Origin: Lachnospiraceae bacterium
Lineage (GTDB): Bacteria > Bacillota > Clostridia > Lachnospirales > Lachnospiraceae
Direction: 5' to 3'
Length of the DNA stretch: 64,000 nt
Assembly (NCBI GenBank): GCA_017444015.1
Contig: JAFSXN010000190.1
Location: 2,618 to 66,617, forward strand
Made by a program: the position numbers and the translations under genes. The notes beneath the pieces were generated by a model. It did no database searches. It saw only the letters and a list, made by a program, of their open reading frames with translations, and was not told where the DNA came from. Below, piece by piece: positions 61,956 through 64,000 of this stretch (its first letter is position 1; every line of letters starts with the position of its first letter).

Positions 61956-62118
61956 AAAATGGTTTGAAAACAGCTTAAAATAAGCAAAAACCCTTGACGA
62001 ATCCGCGGTCTGCTGTTAATCTAATATTGTAAATTAGATAAGATGTTTCTGCAAATTAGATTTATTTGTTTGACAAACAATATTGGATTGGCGGGAGACC
62101 GCGGAAAGTGGGGTTACT

Positions 62119-63018
62119 ATGGCGGATTATGTTTTGTTTACGGATTCTTCCTGTGATATCGGGATGGATACGTTGGCGGAGTGGGGCGTTAAGACCGAAT
62201 GCCTGACGTTTAAGTTTGACGACAGCGATACCGAGTATATCAGTATGTTTGGGGAGCCGGGGCAGAAGGTTCAGGGCTGCGAGGTTATGCCGGCCAGAGA
62301 ATTTTATGACCGGATGCGCTCCGGCGGTGTAGCCAGAACCTCCGCGGTCAATATGCAGACCTTTTACGATGCCTTTAAGGAGGAACTGGAAAAGGGAAAC
62401 GATATTCTTTTTATCGGAATGTCCACCGGGATCAGCAATACCTCCAACGCGGCCAGTATCGCCGCGGATGAGCTGAAATCGGAATATCCGGATCGAAAGA
62501 TCATCACGATTGATACGCTGACAGCCTCGGTCGGACAGGGACTGCTGCTTTATGAGGCTGTGATGATGAAGCGGGAAGGGAAGGACATCGACGAGGTTGC
62601 CGGGTACGTAATGGCTAATCTCCTTCGGATGAACCTCTGGGTTACCGTAGAGGATCTGAGCTACTTAAAGAGGGGCGGAAGGATCAGCGCGACGGCGGCC
62701 TTCGCGGGCGGAGTACTCCAGCTGAAGCCTGTGATCCATCTGGATAACGAGGGGAAACTGGAGAATATGATGAAGATCCGCGGAAGGAGCCAGTCGATCA
62801 AGGCTCTGGAGAAGCTGTATACGGAGCGGGCGACGGATAAAAAGGGCAGATATATGATCTGCCAGGCGGACTGTCTGGAGGATGCGAAGACCCTGGAAAA
62901 TATGATTTATGAAAAGCATGGCGCAGAGGCTGTTATGATCACGGATATGTCGCCTGTGATCGGGGCGCATACGGGACCGGGCGCTATCGTGCTGGTGTTC
63001 TACGGCGAGGAAAGATAA
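62119..63018 (+). CDS. DegV-family (fatty-acid-binding) protein
   Basis: MADYVLFTDSSCDIG..., ARTSAVNMQTFYDAF, FIGMSTGISNTSNAA and ITIDTLTASVGQGLL. ATG 62119 follows GGAAAGTGGGG. The track start is 62083. Confidence 0.8.
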   Translation: MADYVLFTDSSCDIGMDTLAEWGVKTECLTFKFDDSDTEYISMFGEPGQKVQGCEVMPAREFYDRMRSGGVARTSAVNMQTFYDAFKEELEKGNDILFIGMSTGISNTSNAASIAADELKSEYPDRKIITIDTLTASVGQGLLLYEAVMMKREGKDIDEVAGYVMANLLRMNLWVTVEDLSYLKRGGRISATAAFAGGVLQLKPVIHLDNEGKLENMMKIRGRSQSIKALEKLYTERATDKKGRYMICQADCLEDAKTLENMIYEKHGAEAVMITDMSPVIGAHTGPGAIVLVFYGEER

Positions 63019-63078
63019 AGGGTACTGTCCCGGGGTATCTGGCAGATACGATAAATAAATACAGGAAACGTATTTATT

Positions 63079-63182
63079 TATACTGGTTAACGATTTTCGT
63101 TGCCGATCAACCGGACTCGCAAACGCAATTCCAGTACGTTTACTTTATCAAAAACGGCAATTAATTGCGTTCGCGAGTATAA
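63079..63182 (-). repeat. Structured ~104-nt repeat, copy C (full length, inverted relative to copies A and B)
   Basis: The reverse complement equals 747-850 with one mismatch. It lies in the DegV-patatin intergenic region. Its end plus the flanking T forms TATAAT (63178-63183), 35 nt upstream of the patatin ATG. Confidence 0.85.
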
Positions 63183-63218
63183 TTCATTTACGATAGGTAG
63201 TTTCAGAAGAGAGGTCAT

Positions 63219-64000
63219 ATGAGAGGCTTGGTTTTAGAAGGCGGCGCGATGTTGGGGCTGTTTACCTGCGGCGTGATCGATTTCCTGATGGAAGAGGGCG
63301 TAAAATTCGACGGCCTGATCGGTGTTTCCGCGGGAGCCGCCTTTGGCTGCAATTATAAGTCACACCAGATCGGAAGAGGCCTCCGCTATAATAAAGAGTA
63401 TTGCAGGGATCCCCGTTATTGCAGCATTCGTTCGTTTCTGAAGACCGGCGATATGTATAACGCGAAGTTCTGCTATCATGTTCTGCCGGTGGAGCTGGAT
63501 CCATTTGACGAGGAGACCTTTATCAGAGATCCCATGGATTTCTATCTTGTGGCGACGGATGTACGGACGGGAAGGGCGGTCTACAAGAAGCTGAAGGCGG
63601 TAGATTATACCGGGTTCGAGTGGTTTCGGGCTTCGGGGTCTATGCCTCTTGTTTCCAATATGGTGATCCTCGACGGGATGCGGCTTTTAGACGGTGGTAT
63701 TTCGGATTCGATCCCGTTGAAATTTTTTGAAAAGCAGGGCTATGATCAGACGGTCACGGTTCTGACAAAGCCGAGGGACTATGTGAAATCCAGATATCCG
63801 GCGATGGGTCTGGCCAGAAGGAAATATAAGGATTATCCGAGGTTTTTGGAGGCGCTTGAGAACCGGCATATTATGTACAATAATCAGATGCGCTATGTTC
63901 TCGACAAAGAGCGGCAGGGAAGGACCTTTGTGATCGCGCCGCCGGAAAAGCTGCCCATCGGGCATATCACCCATGATCCCGAGAAGCTCCAGAAGGTGTA
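63219..64000 (+). CDS. Patatin-like phospholipase (partial; continues beyond the window)
   Basis: RBS GAGAGG. MRGLVLEGGAMLGLFTCGVIDFL..., GVSAGA (the GxSxG nucleophile) and LLDGGISDSIP (the catalytic Asp motif). The frame is still open at nt 64000, so the ORF track does not list it. Confidence 0.8.
   Translation, partial: MRGLVLEGGAMLGLFTCGVIDFLMEEGVKFDGLIGVSAGAAFGCNYKSHQIGRGLRYNKEYCRDPRYCSIRSFLKTGDMYNAKFCYHVLPVELDPFDEETFIRDPMDFYLVATDVRTGRAVYKKLKAVDYTGFEWFRASGSMPLVSNMVILDGMRLLDGGISDSIPLKFFEKQGYDQTVTVLTKPRDYVKSRYPAMGLARRKYKDYPRFLEALENRHIMYNNQMRYVLDKERQGRTFVIAPPEKLPIGHITHDPEKLQKV

Noticed and set aside
1-64000. The region between the inverted repeat copies as a mobile genomic island or prophage.
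   Set aside because: The window has no integrase, transposase, recombinase, tRNA attachment site or phage gene. The bracketed region contains housekeeping genes (dapL, maf, degV). The repeats are better explained as dispersed small elements.

Overview
This window reads as chromosomal DNA from a Gram-positive anaerobe, by gene content a member of the Clostridia and possibly Lachnospiraceae; that placement is an inference with no marker gene to support it. Two paralogous giant genes on the + strand dominate: 7637..27799 (6720 aa) and 34070..54301 (6743 aa from the likely ATG). Together they cover 40,395 of 64,000 nt, about 63%. Both encode secreted, probably sortase-anchored fibrillar adhesins with the same layout: a Sec signal peptide, an acidic stretch, a shared N-terminal region, a variable tip and a choice-of-anchor-A-like segment. 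Next come FctA-type pilin-like domains, about 22-24 tandem SpaA/prealbumin-like domains, Cna-B-type domains and a Pro/Thr-rich stalk. Each ends in a triple VLG(A/V)R motif, GPxTGD, a TM helix and a K/R tail. A ~6.2 kb segment separates them. It holds two intact and at least two truncated NTPase genes of unrelated families, plus a LacI-type-sensor/GGDEF diguanylate cyclase directly upstream of the second giant gene. Ordinary genes flank the pair. Upstream are a DUF234-type ATPase, an aldo/keto reductase with an Fe-S tail, a secreted Big_2 protein, maf, an FMN-dependent dehydrogenase-like gene and a Uma2 nuclease. Downstream are LL-DAP aminotransferase, a GH36 alpha-galactosidase, DUF1836, a PP2C phosphatase, a 5'-nucleotidase lipoprotein, DegV and patatin. 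I recognised no rRNA, tRNA, CRISPR array, transposase or integrase. The observations most worth follow-up are: (i) a Cys/His/aromatic-rich module of roughly 110-150 aa nested inside SpaA-like domains, in three copies, with presence or absence differing between equivalent domains of the two paralogs; (ii) a ~104-nt highly structured repeat in three copies, of which the two intact copies sit in inverted orientation and bracket almost the whole window; (iii) the non-canonical sorting signal and a conserved hexa-valine strand in the stalk; (iv) the NTPase gene and fragment cluster plus the GGDEF gene between the paralogs. All family assignments come from motif recognition by eye; no HMM or BLAST search was run.
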